The notes below the pieces were generated by a model, which saw only the letters and a program-made list of their open reading frames with translations, was not told the DNA's origin and made no database searches. From an uncultured Pseudomonadota bacterium (GTDB lineage: Bacteria > Pseudomonadota > Gammaproteobacteria > Burkholderiales > SG8-39), in NCBI GenBank assembly GCA_903829815.1, contig CAIKRR010000045.1, forward strand, positions 71,226 to 135,225: DNA of 64,000 nt. The letters run 5' to 3'. The first letter of the stretch is position 1. Every line of letters starts with the position of its first letter. The translations under genes were made by a program, and so were the position numbers. Positions 40,234-48,996 of the stretch are shown here, one piece after another.

Positions 40234-40738
40234 GAAAAAACGGCCGCGCAATGCGGTGATCACGCCCCGATTCGTGGTGTCGCACCCCGCACATTTCATC
40301 GCCTTGGGTGCCGGTACCGGCCTGTCGCCGTGGGCGCCTGGCACGGTTGGCACTGTGCTGGCGGTACCGATTCACGCCGTGCTCGTGCATGCGGTCTCGA
40401 TGCGCGTCGAACTGCTGCTTGCGTTCCTTCTCTTTGCGCTCGGCACCTGGGCCTGCGAGCGCACCGGTCGCGATCTGGGGGTGGCTGACCACGGCGGCAT
40501 GAACTGGGACGAAACCGTGGCCTATCTGGCGGTTCTGGCTGTGACCGGCGAATCGTGGGTCTGGGGTGGTATTGGTTTTGTGCTTTTCCGATTCTTCGAT
40601 ATCGTCAAGCCGCCACCGGTGGGAACCGCTGATCGGCATGTCAAGGGAGGGCTGGGGGTGATGCTCGATGACGCGCTGGCAGCGCTGTGCACCCTGCTCG
40701 TGCTGGGTGTGCTGCGATTTCTGTGGGATCGGGCATGA
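40226..40738 (+). CDS. pgpA: Phosphatidylglycerophosphatase A
   Basis: HPAHFIALGAGTGLSPWAPGTVGT..RFFDIVKPPP motifs. There is no in-frame ATG; the start is TTG 40226 or GTG 40256 and is uncertain. Confidence 0.85.
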   Translation: MNEKKRPRNAVITPRFVVSHPAHFIALGAGTGLSPWAPGTVGTVLAVPIHAVLVHAVSMRVELLLAFLLFALGTWACERTGRDLGVADHGGMNWDETVAYLAVLAVTGESWVWGGIGFVLFRFFDIVKPPPVGTADRHVKGGLGVMLDDALAALCTLLVLGVLRFLWDRA

Positions 40739-41259
40739 GCATCGATCTGGAGCGCCTGGGCCGTCGGGTGGGCGAGGCCTTGCGCTCGCGCGGTGCGGTG
40801 CTCGCTACCGTCGAGTCGTGCACCGGTGGCTGGGTGGCGGAGGTCGTGACCGCGGTGCCGGGCAGTTCTGCGTGGTTTGATCGCGGCTATGTCACTTACT
40901 CGAATCAGGCCAAGATCGACTTGGTCGGGGTGTCGGCCCTGACACTGGAGCGCCACGGAGCGGTGAGCGAACCGGTGGTGCGCGAAATGGCCTGTGGCGC
41001 CCTCGCGCGTAGTCCAGCCACGGTTGCAGTCGCGATTTCCGGCGTTGCCGGCCCGGGTGGGGGCACGCCCGAGAAGCCGGTTGGCATGGTGTGTCTGGCC
41101 TGGGCCCGGGAGGTGCGCGACTGCACGGCGGAGCGCAGCGCGCTGCGTGTCGACAGCCTCACCGTACATCTCCCCGGTGACCGTGCCGCGGTACGGCAGG
41201 CGGCCGTCATCATCGTGCTCGAGGGGGTCTGCGAGCGGCTGGTGGCTGGCGCGCCCTGA
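40735..41259 (+). CDS. pncC: Nicotinamide-nucleotide amidohydrolase PncC (CinA C-terminal domain family)
   Basis: ATVESCTGGWVAEVVTAVPGSSAWFDRGYVTYSNQAK motif. ATGA overlap with pgpA. Upstream of recA. Confidence 0.9.
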   Translation: MSIDLERLGRRVGEALRSRGAVLATVESCTGGWVAEVVTAVPGSSAWFDRGYVTYSNQAKIDLVGVSALTLERHGAVSEPVVREMACGALARSPATVAVAISGVAGPGGGTPEKPVGMVCLAWAREVRDCTAERSALRVDSLTVHLPGDRAAVRQAAVIIVLEGVCERLVAGAP

Positions 41260-41329
41260 ATCGGGCAGGGCGGCCCGGGTGTGACAGAATAGGACTCCCG
41301 CGGGCAGGGGCCATCAATCAAGGAAATCC

Positions 41330-42352
41330 ATGGACGACAACAAGTCGAAAGCGTTGGCCGCAGCCCTCGCGCAGATTGAAAAGCAGTTTGGCAAGGGTTC
41401 GATCATGCGGATGGACTCCGCAGCCGTCACCGATGTGCAGGTCGTGTCGACCGGGTCGCTCGGTCTTGACATCGCTCTGGGCGTTGGCGGACTGCCGCGC
41501 GGACGAGTGGTCGAGATCTACGGCCCTGAATCGTCCGGCAAGACCACCCTCACGCTCTCGGTGATCGCACAGATCCAGAAGATTGGTGGCACCGCCGCCT
41601 TCATTGATGCCGAGAACGCGCTTGACCCGCAGTACGCCGCCAAGCTGGGCGTCAATATCGACGAATTGCTCATCTCGCAGCCTGACACTGGTGAGCAGGC
41701 GCTCGAGATCGCCGAGATGCTGGTGCGTTCCGGCTCGGTCGATGTCATCGTGATCGACTCGGTTGCGGCGCTCGTGCCCAAGGCCGAGATCGAAGGAGAA
41801 ATGGGCGATTCCTTGCCCGGTCTGCAGGCGCGGCTGATGAGTCAGGCACTGCGCAAGCTCACCGCAACCATCAAGCGCACCAACACGCTGGTGATCTTCA
41901 TCAACCAGATTCGCATGAAGATCGGCGTGATGTTCGGCAATCCGGAAACCACTACCGGTGGCAATGCGCTCAAGTTCTACTCGTCGGTGCGACTCGATAT
42001 CCGCCGCATCGGCGCCATCAAGAAGGCCGAAGAGGTCATTGGCAGCGAGACCCGCGTGAAAGTGGTGAAGAACAAGGTGGCACCGCCATTCCGGCAGGCC
42101 GAGTTCGACATCCTCTATGGCGAGGGAATCTCGCGCGAGGGCGAGATTCTCGAACTCGGTGTCGCGCATGACATCGTCGAGAAGTCGGGTGCCTGGTATG
42201 CCTATCACAAGGATCGTATCGGTCAGGGCAAGGATAACGCGCGTGAATATCTGCGCGACCACCCCGAGATTGCCGATGATATCGAGCGTCAGGTGCGCGA
42301 GAAGCTGGGCGTCAACAACCCCAGCGCACTCTCGGCCGGGGTCCAGGACTGA
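41330..42352 (+). CDS. recA: Recombinase RecA
   Basis: Walker [10 protein letters not shown], and the canonical RecA sequence throughout (340 aa). Confidence 0.98.
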   Translation: MDDNKSKALAAALAQIEKQFGKGSIMRMDSAAVTDVQVVSTGSLGLDIALGVGGLPRGRVVEIYGPESSGKTTLTLSVIAQIQKIGGTAAFIDAENALDPQYAAKLGVNIDELLISQPDTGEQALEIAEMLVRSGSVDVIVIDSVAALVPKAEIEGEMGDSLPGLQARLMSQALRKLTATIKRTNTLVIFINQIRMKIGVMFGNPETTTGGNALKFYSSVRLDIRRIGAIKKAEEVIGSETRVKVVKNKVAPPFRQAEFDILYGEGISREGEILELGVAHDIVEKSGAWYAYHKDRIGQGKDNAREYLRDHPEIADDIERQVREKLGVNNPSALSAGVQD

Positions 42353-42390
42353 GCGGGAGTCGAGCAGAACTGTCGCTGCGCGCTCGCGCG

Positions 42391-42828
42391 GTGAGCCTGC
42401 TTGCTCGCCGTGAGCACAGTCGTGTCCAACTGGCACGCAAGCTCGCCCCGCATGCGGAATCGACCGAAGAACTCGATGCGCTGCTCGATGATCTGGTGCA
42501 ACGGCGGCTGCTCTCGGATGAGCGGTTCGTCGAGGCTCGCACTCGCTTGCTCGGGCGCAAGTTTGGTTCAGCACGGATCCGCCACGATCTGCAGCAGTCT
42601 GGAGCCGATGCCCAGTTGGTCGCCGCGGCCTTGCAGGGTGTCAAGGGTGATGAGTTCGAACGGGCTTGCCTGGTGTGGCAGCAGCGATTTGGTGAGCCAG
42701 CGGTCGATGTGGCCGGACGCGCGCGCCAGACGCGGTTTTTGATGGCACGTGGATTTGACTACGGTGTCGTTCGCCGGGTACTGCAATGTGCCGGCGCGGC
42801 GCCGCTCGATGAGGAGATCGAGTCGTGA
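42391..42828 (+). CDS. recX: RecA regulator RecX
   Basis: SLLARREHSRVQLARKL repeat architecture. GTG 42391 is the first conventional start; homology (ELSLRARA) continues upstream with only CTG codons, so the N-terminus is uncertain. Confidence 0.88.
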   Translation: MSLLARREHSRVQLARKLAPHAESTEELDALLDDLVQRRLLSDERFVEARTRLLGRKFGSARIRHDLQQSGADAQLVAAALQGVKGDEFERACLVWQQRFGEPAVDVAGRARQTRFLMARGFDYGVVRRVLQCAGAAPLDEEIES

Positions 42829-43862
42829 GTGATGCCGCCGAGGGCTGGGCCGACGAGATGCGTGCAGCGTATCTGTATCGCGTGCTGGCCGATGTCGAGC
42901 GCAGCAGTTCCCGCGGCCAGTTGTTCGAACAACTGGCTGCAGAGTCCGAGGGACAGGCGCGCATCTGGGCCGAGAGCGCCCTGGCGCGAGGGCGTCGCCT
43001 CGCTCTCGATTACACCCCTGATCGGCGCACCCGACTGGTTGCGCTGATGATTCGCCGCATTGGCCCCCGGTCGATGCGAACGGTGCTGGCCGCGATGAAG
43101 GTGCGAGGTCTGTCGGTCTATGGCCACGGCGCCCCGGGGCATCCGTTGCCCACCTCGATCGGTGACATGAAAGACCGCCATGGCGGCGTGGGCGCCGGCG
43201 GCAATCTGCGCGCTGCGGTGTTCGGCGCCAATGATGGTCTGGTCTCCAACTGCTGCCTGATCCTTGGCGTGGCAGGGGCCGGCGCTGCTACCGACGCAGT
43301 CCTGGTATCGGGTGTGGCAGGGTTGCTGGCGGGTGCCTTTTCGATGGCATCGGGCGAGTACGTTTCGGTGCGCGCGCAGCGCGAGATGTTCGAGCACCAG
43401 ATTGCGCTGGAGCGCAAGGAACTGGAGATCTATCCGGAGGAAGAGGCGGAGGAACTGGCGCTGGTCTACACCGCCCGCGGCATGTCGCGTGAAGATGCGC
43501 ACGCGCTGGCGGTGAAGACGATTGCCGATCCGGAGCGGGCGCTCGATACGCTGGCGCGCGAAGAACTGGGATTGAATCCTGACGAACTGGGCTCACCCTG
43601 GGGAGCAGCCATCGCTTCGTTTGCTGCTTTTGCCCTTGGCGCATTCGTGCCGCTGGTGCCTTTTCTGCTTGCGCGGGGCACCCATGCGCTGCCGGCAAGC
43701 CTCGTGCTCACGGGCTGTTCGCTGTTTGGCGTCGGCGCCGCGATCAGCCTCTTCACCGGGCGCGCATTGCTTGCCAACGGCATCCGGATGCTCGCTATCG
43801 GCGCCGCTGCCGGCGGTGCAACCTGGGTGATCGGACATCTGTTGGGTGTTGCGCTGGCCTGA
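42825..43862 (+). CDS. VIT1/CCC1-family iron/manganese transporter with an N-terminal ferritin-like (CCC1_N-type) domain
   Basis: The membrane half has LRAAVFGANDGLVSN and GEYVSV motifs. GTG 42825 overlaps the recX stop (GTGA). Confidence 0.85.
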   Translation: MSDAAEGWADEMRAAYLYRVLADVERSSSRGQLFEQLAAESEGQARIWAESALARGRRLALDYTPDRRTRLVALMIRRIGPRSMRTVLAAMKVRGLSVYGHGAPGHPLPTSIGDMKDRHGGVGAGGNLRAAVFGANDGLVSNCCLILGVAGAGAATDAVLVSGVAGLLAGAFSMASGEYVSVRAQREMFEHQIALERKELEIYPEEEAEELALVYTARGMSREDAHALAVKTIADPERALDTLAREELGLNPDELGSPWGAAIASFAAFALGAFVPLVPFLLARGTHALPASLVLTGCSLFGVGAAISLFTGRALLANGIRMLAIGAAAGGATWVIGHLLGVALA

Positions 43863-43999
43863 CTGAACAGCGGTGTGCGGCGCGAGGCCAGCCGAATCGT
43901 CCACGCCGGCCCTTCCAGTTGCCTATAATCGCGTTTTGCCCGATGCCCGTCGGCCGTGAATGAGCCCCCTCGAGGGAGCCCGCCCAGGAGACTTCACCC

Positions 44000-45697
44000 A
44001 TGATTGCATCACCACTCACGGCGGCACGCCTTGCTGCCATTGCTGTCACGCTGGCTGCAAGCTTGGTCGTGACGCCCGCGGCGCGCGCCCAGACGACCGA
44101 GCAACTGACCCAGGCTACGAAAACCCCCGCCGATGTACTGATCAATGGCTTTGCCTATGACGCGCAGCGTTACAGCCGACTTGCCCAGGTCAATCGCGGC
44201 AATGTGAAGCGTCTGGTACCGGTCTGGAACCTCTCGCTCAACAACAATCTGGGTGAGGAGTCGCAGGCGCTCGCCTGGAACGGGTCGATCTACATCACCA
44301 ACCACCGCGCTACCTATGCGATCGACGCGCGGACTGGCCGGATGCGCTGGAAGAACGAACTCGAATTCGATGCCGAAGTGCCGCGTGTCGTCTGCTGCGG
44401 TCAGGTCAATCGCGGCGCGGCGATCTTCGAAGGCAGGCTCTATCGCGGCACGCTCGATGCCCATGTGCAGGCCATCGACATCCAGACGGGTCGCGAACTG
44501 TGGAAGACCAAGGTCATCGAATGGCGCGATGGGTATTCGATCACCAGCGCACCGATGGTCGCCAATGGCGTGTTGATCTCGGGCATGTCCGGTGGCGAGT
44601 ACGGCACCCGCGGCTTTCTGGTGGGTTTCGATCCGGCGACGGGCCGTGAACTGTGGCGGACCTACACCATTCCGGGGCCTGGTGAACCCGGCAACGAGAC
44701 TTGGCCGGGCGATCTGTGGAAACACGGCGGTGGCGCCACCTGGGGCGCCGGTGCCTACGATCCGCAGATGGATCTGGTCTACTGGGGCACCGGCAATGCC
44801 GGGCCGTGGAACGGTGGTGTGCGCAAGGGCGACAACAAGCATGCGGCATCCACCATCGCCATTCGCCCGCGAACCGGAGAGCTGGTGTGGGCCTATCAGA
44901 ACACACCCGGCGATCCATTCGACTTCGACAGCATCAGCCAGCCCGTGCTCGGTGATCTGGTGATCGAGGGCAAGCCGCGCAAGACGCTGATGCACGCCGA
45001 CAAGAACGGCTACTTCTATGTGCTCGACCGTGCGACCGGCAAGCCGATCGTGGCCAACCCCTTCGTCAAGGTCACCTGGGCAACCGGTCTTGATCAGAAC
45101 TTCCGCCCGATCTGGTCCGAGTCGACCCGCAAGCTCATCGATACCGGTGCCGAAGTGGAATCCTGGCCGTCCATCAGCGGTGGCAAGAACTGGAACCCGA
45201 TGGCCTACAACCCCGAGACCCGGCTCATCTATGCCAATACGCAGGAAGGGGGCATGCTGATCCGGCACACGCCGGTTGATTACAAGCAGCAGGGCTCGCG
45301 CTATATCGGGGTGGCGGTGAAGCGCCTCTGGCCCGAAGACGGCAATCGGGGAGCCTTGCGTGCGATCGACCCGCTCACCGGCAAGACCCGCTGGAAAGTG
45401 CCTTATGCGGTGCCCAGTTTTGCCGCCACCATGACCACCGCAGGCAAGCTCGTCTTCAGCGGTGACATGATGGGCGAATTCAGTGCCTACGATGCTGAAC
45501 AGGGCAAGAAGCTCTGGAGTTTCCAGACGGGTTCCGGAATCATCGGTCAGCCGATCAGCTGGGAACTCGACGGGGTGCAGTACATCACCGTGACCAGTGG
45601 TCTGGGCGGTGTGTATGTGCTCAACGGCGCCGACGAGCGTCTGAGCACGGTACCGCCCGGTGGCTCGTTGTGGACGTTTGCCCTCTTTCGCAAGTGA
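44000..45697 (+). CDS. PQQ-dependent alcohol dehydrogenase, methanol/ethanol family (D-x-D lanthanide-type signature)
   Basis: Signal peptide. Vicinal Cys-Cys VVCCGQVNRG (nt 44393-44398). GGEYGTRG and WGTGNAGPWN metal/PQQ-site motifs. D308-F-D310 at nt 44921-44929. Confidence 0.9.
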   Translation: MIASPLTAARLAAIAVTLAASLVVTPAARAQTTEQLTQATKTPADVLINGFAYDAQRYSRLAQVNRGNVKRLVPVWNLSLNNNLGEESQALAWNGSIYITNHRATYAIDARTGRMRWKNELEFDAEVPRVVCCGQVNRGAAIFEGRLYRGTLDAHVQAIDIQTGRELWKTKVIEWRDGYSITSAPMVANGVLISGMSGGEYGTRGFLVGFDPATGRELWRTYTIPGPGEPGNETWPGDLWKHGGGATWGAGAYDPQMDLVYWGTGNAGPWNGGVRKGDNKHAASTIAIRPRTGELVWAYQNTPGDPFDFDSISQPVLGDLVIEGKPRKTLMHADKNGYFYVLDRATGKPIVANPFVKVTWATGLDQNFRPIWSESTRKLIDTGAEVESWPSISGGKNWNPMAYNPETRLIYANTQEGGMLIRHTPVDYKQQGSRYIGVAVKRLWPEDGNRGALRAIDPLTGKTRWKVPYAVPSFAATMTTAGKLVFSGDMMGEFSAYDAEQGKKLWSFQTGSGIIGQPISWELDGVQYITVTSGLGGVYVLNGADERLSTVPPGGSLWTFALFRK

Positions 45698-45708
45698 TCA
45701 GAGAACCC

Positions 45709-46029
45709 ATGAAAAGCACGCCGATCATCCTGATGCTCACGACCACCCTGGTGGCGAGTCAGGCCTTCGCACAGGCCGCTGTCCCCAACCCTGCCGAACA
45801 GGGTCGGGACCTGTATGAAACCAACTGTCTGACCTGCCATGGTCCCGACATGATCAATCCGGGCACCGTGAGCTACGACCTGCGCAAGTTTCCAGCCGAT
45901 GCGAAGGCGCGCTTTGTGAATTCGGTGGTCAATGGCAAGGGCCAGGGCATGCCGGCCTGGCGCGGCGTGGTCACGCCGCCTGAAGTCGATCAGCTCTGGG
46001 CCTATGTGCTGACCCGCGGCAAGCTCTGA
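45709..46029 (+). CDS. Periplasmic mono-haem c-type cytochrome (PedF/XoxG-like candidate electron acceptor)
   Basis: Signal peptide MKSTPIILMLTTTLVASQAFA, haem motif CLTCH, and a distal GMPAW Met ligand candidate. Starts 11 nt after the dehydrogenase stop. Confidence 0.85.
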   Translation: MKSTPIILMLTTTLVASQAFAQAAVPNPAEQGRDLYETNCLTCHGPDMINPGTVSYDLRKFPADAKARFVNSVVNGKGQGMPAWRGVVTPPEVDQLWAYVLTRGKL

Positions 46030-46036
46030 TCGAAGC

Positions 46037-46064
46037 GCGGAGCGTGCGTTTCAGCGTGCTCCGC
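46037..46064. terminator. Hairpin between convergent genes: 11-bp stem including 2 G-U pairs, 6-nt loop, no U-tract
   Basis: GCGGAGCGTGC-gtttca-GCGTGCTCCGC. The loop contains the stop codon (46051-46053) of the beta-propeller gene. Confidence 0.3.
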
Positions 46065-47040
46065 TGACACCCCAGGGTGTCTCGCCCACCGCGATATCGG
46101 CCGTCTTGGCATTGCTGGCGGTGTCAATCACCGACACGGTGTTGGCACGACCGTTGGCCACGTAGAGCTTGCGGCCATCCTGGGTGATGGCCATGTTCCA
46201 GGGGCGCCTCCCTGTCGCAATCGTGGCGACGACCGTGTCGCTGGCGGTGTCGATCACCGACACGGTGCCGTCGGCCCCGTTCGAGACATAGACACGCAGG
46301 CCATCGGGCCGCACGGTGATGCCATTGGCGCGTATCCCGGCCTTGATCGTTCCCAGCAGCTTCAGATTCGGCACGTCGATGACCGCCACCACACTCGCGT
46401 TTTCCACCCCGACGTAGGCACGGCGCCCATCGGGTGTGAAACCGATGCCACGTGGGCGGTCACCGACGGCGATACGTGCCACCACGGCCCGCCGTGCGAT
46501 GTTGATCACGTCCACCGTCTCGTCCTCTTCGGCGCTGACGAAGAGGAGCCCTCCGTCGGGACTGAAGATTGCGTGCTCGGGGTTGCGTCCTTCGACCTTC
46601 ACCTGAAAGGCGACCTCGCGGCGGCGTGTGTCGATGATCGAGACGGTCTGGGTCTGTTCGCTCGCCACGCTGACCCAGCGGCCATCGTTCGATATGCCGA
46701 CCCCTTCGGGGGAACTGCCCAGCGCGATGCTCGACACCTCGCGCCGGCTTGCGAGATCGATGACCACCAGACGCGCCCCCGGCTGGTCGCTCACATAGAG
46801 CGTGCCGCCATCAGGGCTCACGGCCGATCCGCGCGGCTTGCCACCGATGGCGATGGTCGCCACCACCTGATCGAGGGCGGTGTCGATCACCCCGATGGTG
46901 CCACTGCCCTCGTTGGACACGTAGACGAATGGGGCAGCGGCAACCGGGCTGCTGGCCACAAGCACGGCAGACGATGTCGCGATGAGGGCGGCGAAGAGGG
47001 CTGCGCTCGTCCGGGTCGTAGTCTGGCGTGTGGCGTGCAT
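46051..47040 (-). CDS. YVTN-repeat beta-propeller protein (PQQ-dependent-catabolism-associated type)
   Basis: Signal peptide, then repeated Y/FVSN..G.V.VID..PRG. blades. ATG verified at 47040. Confidence 0.85.
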   Translation of the reverse strand: MHATRQTTTRTSAALFAALIATSSAVLVASSPVAAAPFVYVSNEGSGTIGVIDTALDQVVATIAIGGKPRGSAVSPDGGTLYVSDQPGARLVVIDLASRREVSSIALGSSPEGVGISNDGRWVSVASEQTQTVSIIDTRRREVAFQVKVEGRNPEHAIFSPDGGLLFVSAEEDETVDVINIARRAVVARIAVGDRPRGIGFTPDGRRAYVGVENASVVAVIDVPNLKLLGTIKAGIRANGITVRPDGLRVYVSNGADGTVSVIDTASDTVVATIATGRRPWNMAITQDGRKLYVANGRANTVSVIDTASNAKTADIAVGETPWGVSGAR

Positions 47041-47113
47041 GGACTTCACCTGCTCGAGGAGGATCGCTCGATTATAGCGAGCCCCATGACGAGGCCTGTC
47101 GCCAGCCCTGTCG

Positions 47114-47707
47114 CTAGATCTGAGGCAGCCTTTTTCCGGGCAGCATCCGTTGCAGGACGCCGTCACGATCGATGAGCGCGTGCTTCAGGGCCGCAGCCAG
47201 ATGCAGCGCAATCAGCGCCACCAGAAGCCAGGACAGCACCTCATGCAATCCATTGAACACGCTGTAGATGGCGCGGTCATCGCGCCCCCAGGGCGCGAGC
47301 GGGATCCCAAAGAAGCGGATGCCGAACCGTGAATGATTGGAGGCAATGTAGCCCGCAAGCGGCATGCCGATGAGGCAGACATACAGCAACGCGTGGTTGG
47401 TCGAGGCAGCCAGTCTTTCCCAGCGCGGCATCGTCAGTGGCAAGGGTGGTGGCTTGTGCGTGATGCGCCAGGCCAGACGCAGCAGGATGAGAATACCCAG
47501 CACGATGCCAGTCGACTTGTGCAGGTTGATCCAGAGGGTGCGATCGGGCGTACCGCGCGGTACCTCATCGAGAAACCAGCCCAGTCCGATCTGCCCGGCT
47601 ACGGCCAGCGCAACGAGCCAGTGCAGCGCCATGGCGACCCTCGTGTATCGTTGCGGCGCCGTCGCTGCGCCGGACCCGGCACCTGTATCTGCCCTGTCGA
47701 CTGCCAT
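47114..47707 (-). CDS. Cytochrome b561 family membrane protein (CybB-like)
   Basis: ALHWLVALAV..LHKSTGI..H motifs across 4 TM helices. ATG 47707. Confidence 0.85.
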   Translation of the reverse strand: MAVDRADTGAGSGAATAPQRYTRVAMALHWLVALAVAGQIGLGWFLDEVPRGTPDRTLWINLHKSTGIVLGILILLRLAWRITHKPPPLPLTMPRWERLAASTNHALLYVCLIGMPLAGYIASNHSRFGIRFFGIPLAPWGRDDRAIYSVFNGLHEVLSWLLVALIALHLAAALKHALIDRDGVLQRMLPGKRLPQI

Positions 47708-47736
47708 TGCAACCGCCTGTTGTCGAGAATCGTTCA

Positions 47737-48996
47737 ATGAGTGTAGAAGCTGCAGCCCCGATCGCGCAATCGATCCTCGGTTTCTTTGTGCTGCACCTGC
47801 TTGCCTGGGCTGCAGGCGATCGCGGCCGTGTTGCCTGGCGCATCGTGCTGCCGGGCATGGCACTCACGGTGGTGCTGGCGCTGGCAGCCTTTCGCTTGCC
47901 GGGCATGAGCGTGGTCTTTGCCGCCTTCAACGAGGCGGCCAATCTGCTCGACAAGGCCACGGGCGAGGGCACGGCCTTTGTGTTTGGTTACCTGGGTGGC
48001 GCACCGCTGCCCTTCGAGGTCCGCGAACCCGGTTCGAGTTTCGTGCTGGCGTTTCGCGCGCTGCCGTTGGCCCTCGTGGTGAGTGCGCTCTCGAGCCTGC
48101 TCTTTCACTGGGGCATTCTGCAGGCGGTGGTCAGGCTGTTTTCCCGTTTGCTCGAGGCAGCGATGGGGGTTGGAGGTGCGGTCGGCCTGTCGGCGGCAGC
48201 CAATGTGTTTGTCGGCATGGTCGAGGCGCCTCTGGTCGTGCGCCCCTACATTGCAGCGATGAGCCGCAGCGAACTGCTGGTGATGATGACCTGCGGCATG
48301 GCCACCATTGCTGGCACCGTGATGGTGATTTACGCAAGCCTCCTTGGCCGCGTTCTGCCCGATGCACTCGCCCACATCCTGATTGCCTCGGTCATCTCCA
48401 CCCCGGCCGCCATTGTCGTGGCCACGCTCATGGTGCCGCCTCAGGGCCCTTCGACGGGGGGTGATCGGCTGCCCGAGGTCGAGTCCCGATCGGCCATGGA
48501 CGCGATTGCGCGTGGTACCCAGGATGGCGCAGCGCTGCTCATCGGCATCATCTCGATGCTGATCGTGTTCATCGCGCTGGTCTGGCTGCTCAATGCGCTC
48601 ATCGGTCTGGCCCCACCGCTTGGCGGTGCGCCGCTCAGTCTGCAGCGCATGCTCGGCTGGGTGATGGCGCCGCTGGTCTGGCTGGCGGGCATTCCCTGGC
48701 ACGAGGCAATCGCTGCCGGTGCCCTGATGGGCACCAAGACGGTTCTCAATGAATTCATTGCCTACATCGATCTCGCGCGATTGGGCGCTGCCGATCTGAG
48801 CGAGCGTTCGCGCCTGATCATGCTCTACGCCCTGTGCGGCTTTGCCAACTTCGGAAGCCTGGGCATCATGGTGGCGGGCCTCACCGCCATGGCACCCACC
48901 CGACGCGATGACATCGTCCAACTGGCCCCGCGCGCTGTGGTGGCCGGGACGCTGGCGACGCTCATCGCGGGCTGCGTCGCCGGCCTGCTCTGCTGA
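47737..48996 (+). CDS. nupC: NupC/CNT-family nucleoside transporter
   Basis: GTKTVLNEFIAY and ALCGFANFGSLGI motifs. ATG 47737; the ORF-track start 47707 is a TTG. Confidence 0.9.
   Translation: MSVEAAAPIAQSILGFFVLHLLAWAAGDRGRVAWRIVLPGMALTVVLALAAFRLPGMSVVFAAFNEAANLLDKATGEGTAFVFGYLGGAPLPFEVREPGSSFVLAFRALPLALVVSALSSLLFHWGILQAVVRLFSRLLEAAMGVGGAVGLSAAANVFVGMVEAPLVVRPYIAAMSRSELLVMMTCGMATIAGTVMVIYASLLGRVLPDALAHILIASVISTPAAIVVATLMVPPQGPSTGGDRLPEVESRSAMDAIARGTQDGAALLIGIISMLIVFIALVWLLNALIGLAPPLGGAPLSLQRMLGWVMAPLVWLAGIPWHEAIAAGALMGTKTVLNEFIAYIDLARLGAADLSERSRLIMLYALCGFANFGSLGIMVAGLTAMAPTRRDDIVQLAPRAVVAGTLATLIAGCVAGLLC

Noticed and set aside
43924-43929. Perfect TATAAT hexamer 71 nt upstream of the PQQ dehydrogenase ATG, considered as its promoter -10.
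   Set aside because: No acceptable -35 lies at 16-19 bp (ccacgc at the 17-bp position) and there is no extended -10 TG. It may still be a promoter that depends on an activator, but the support is too weak to list as a feature.
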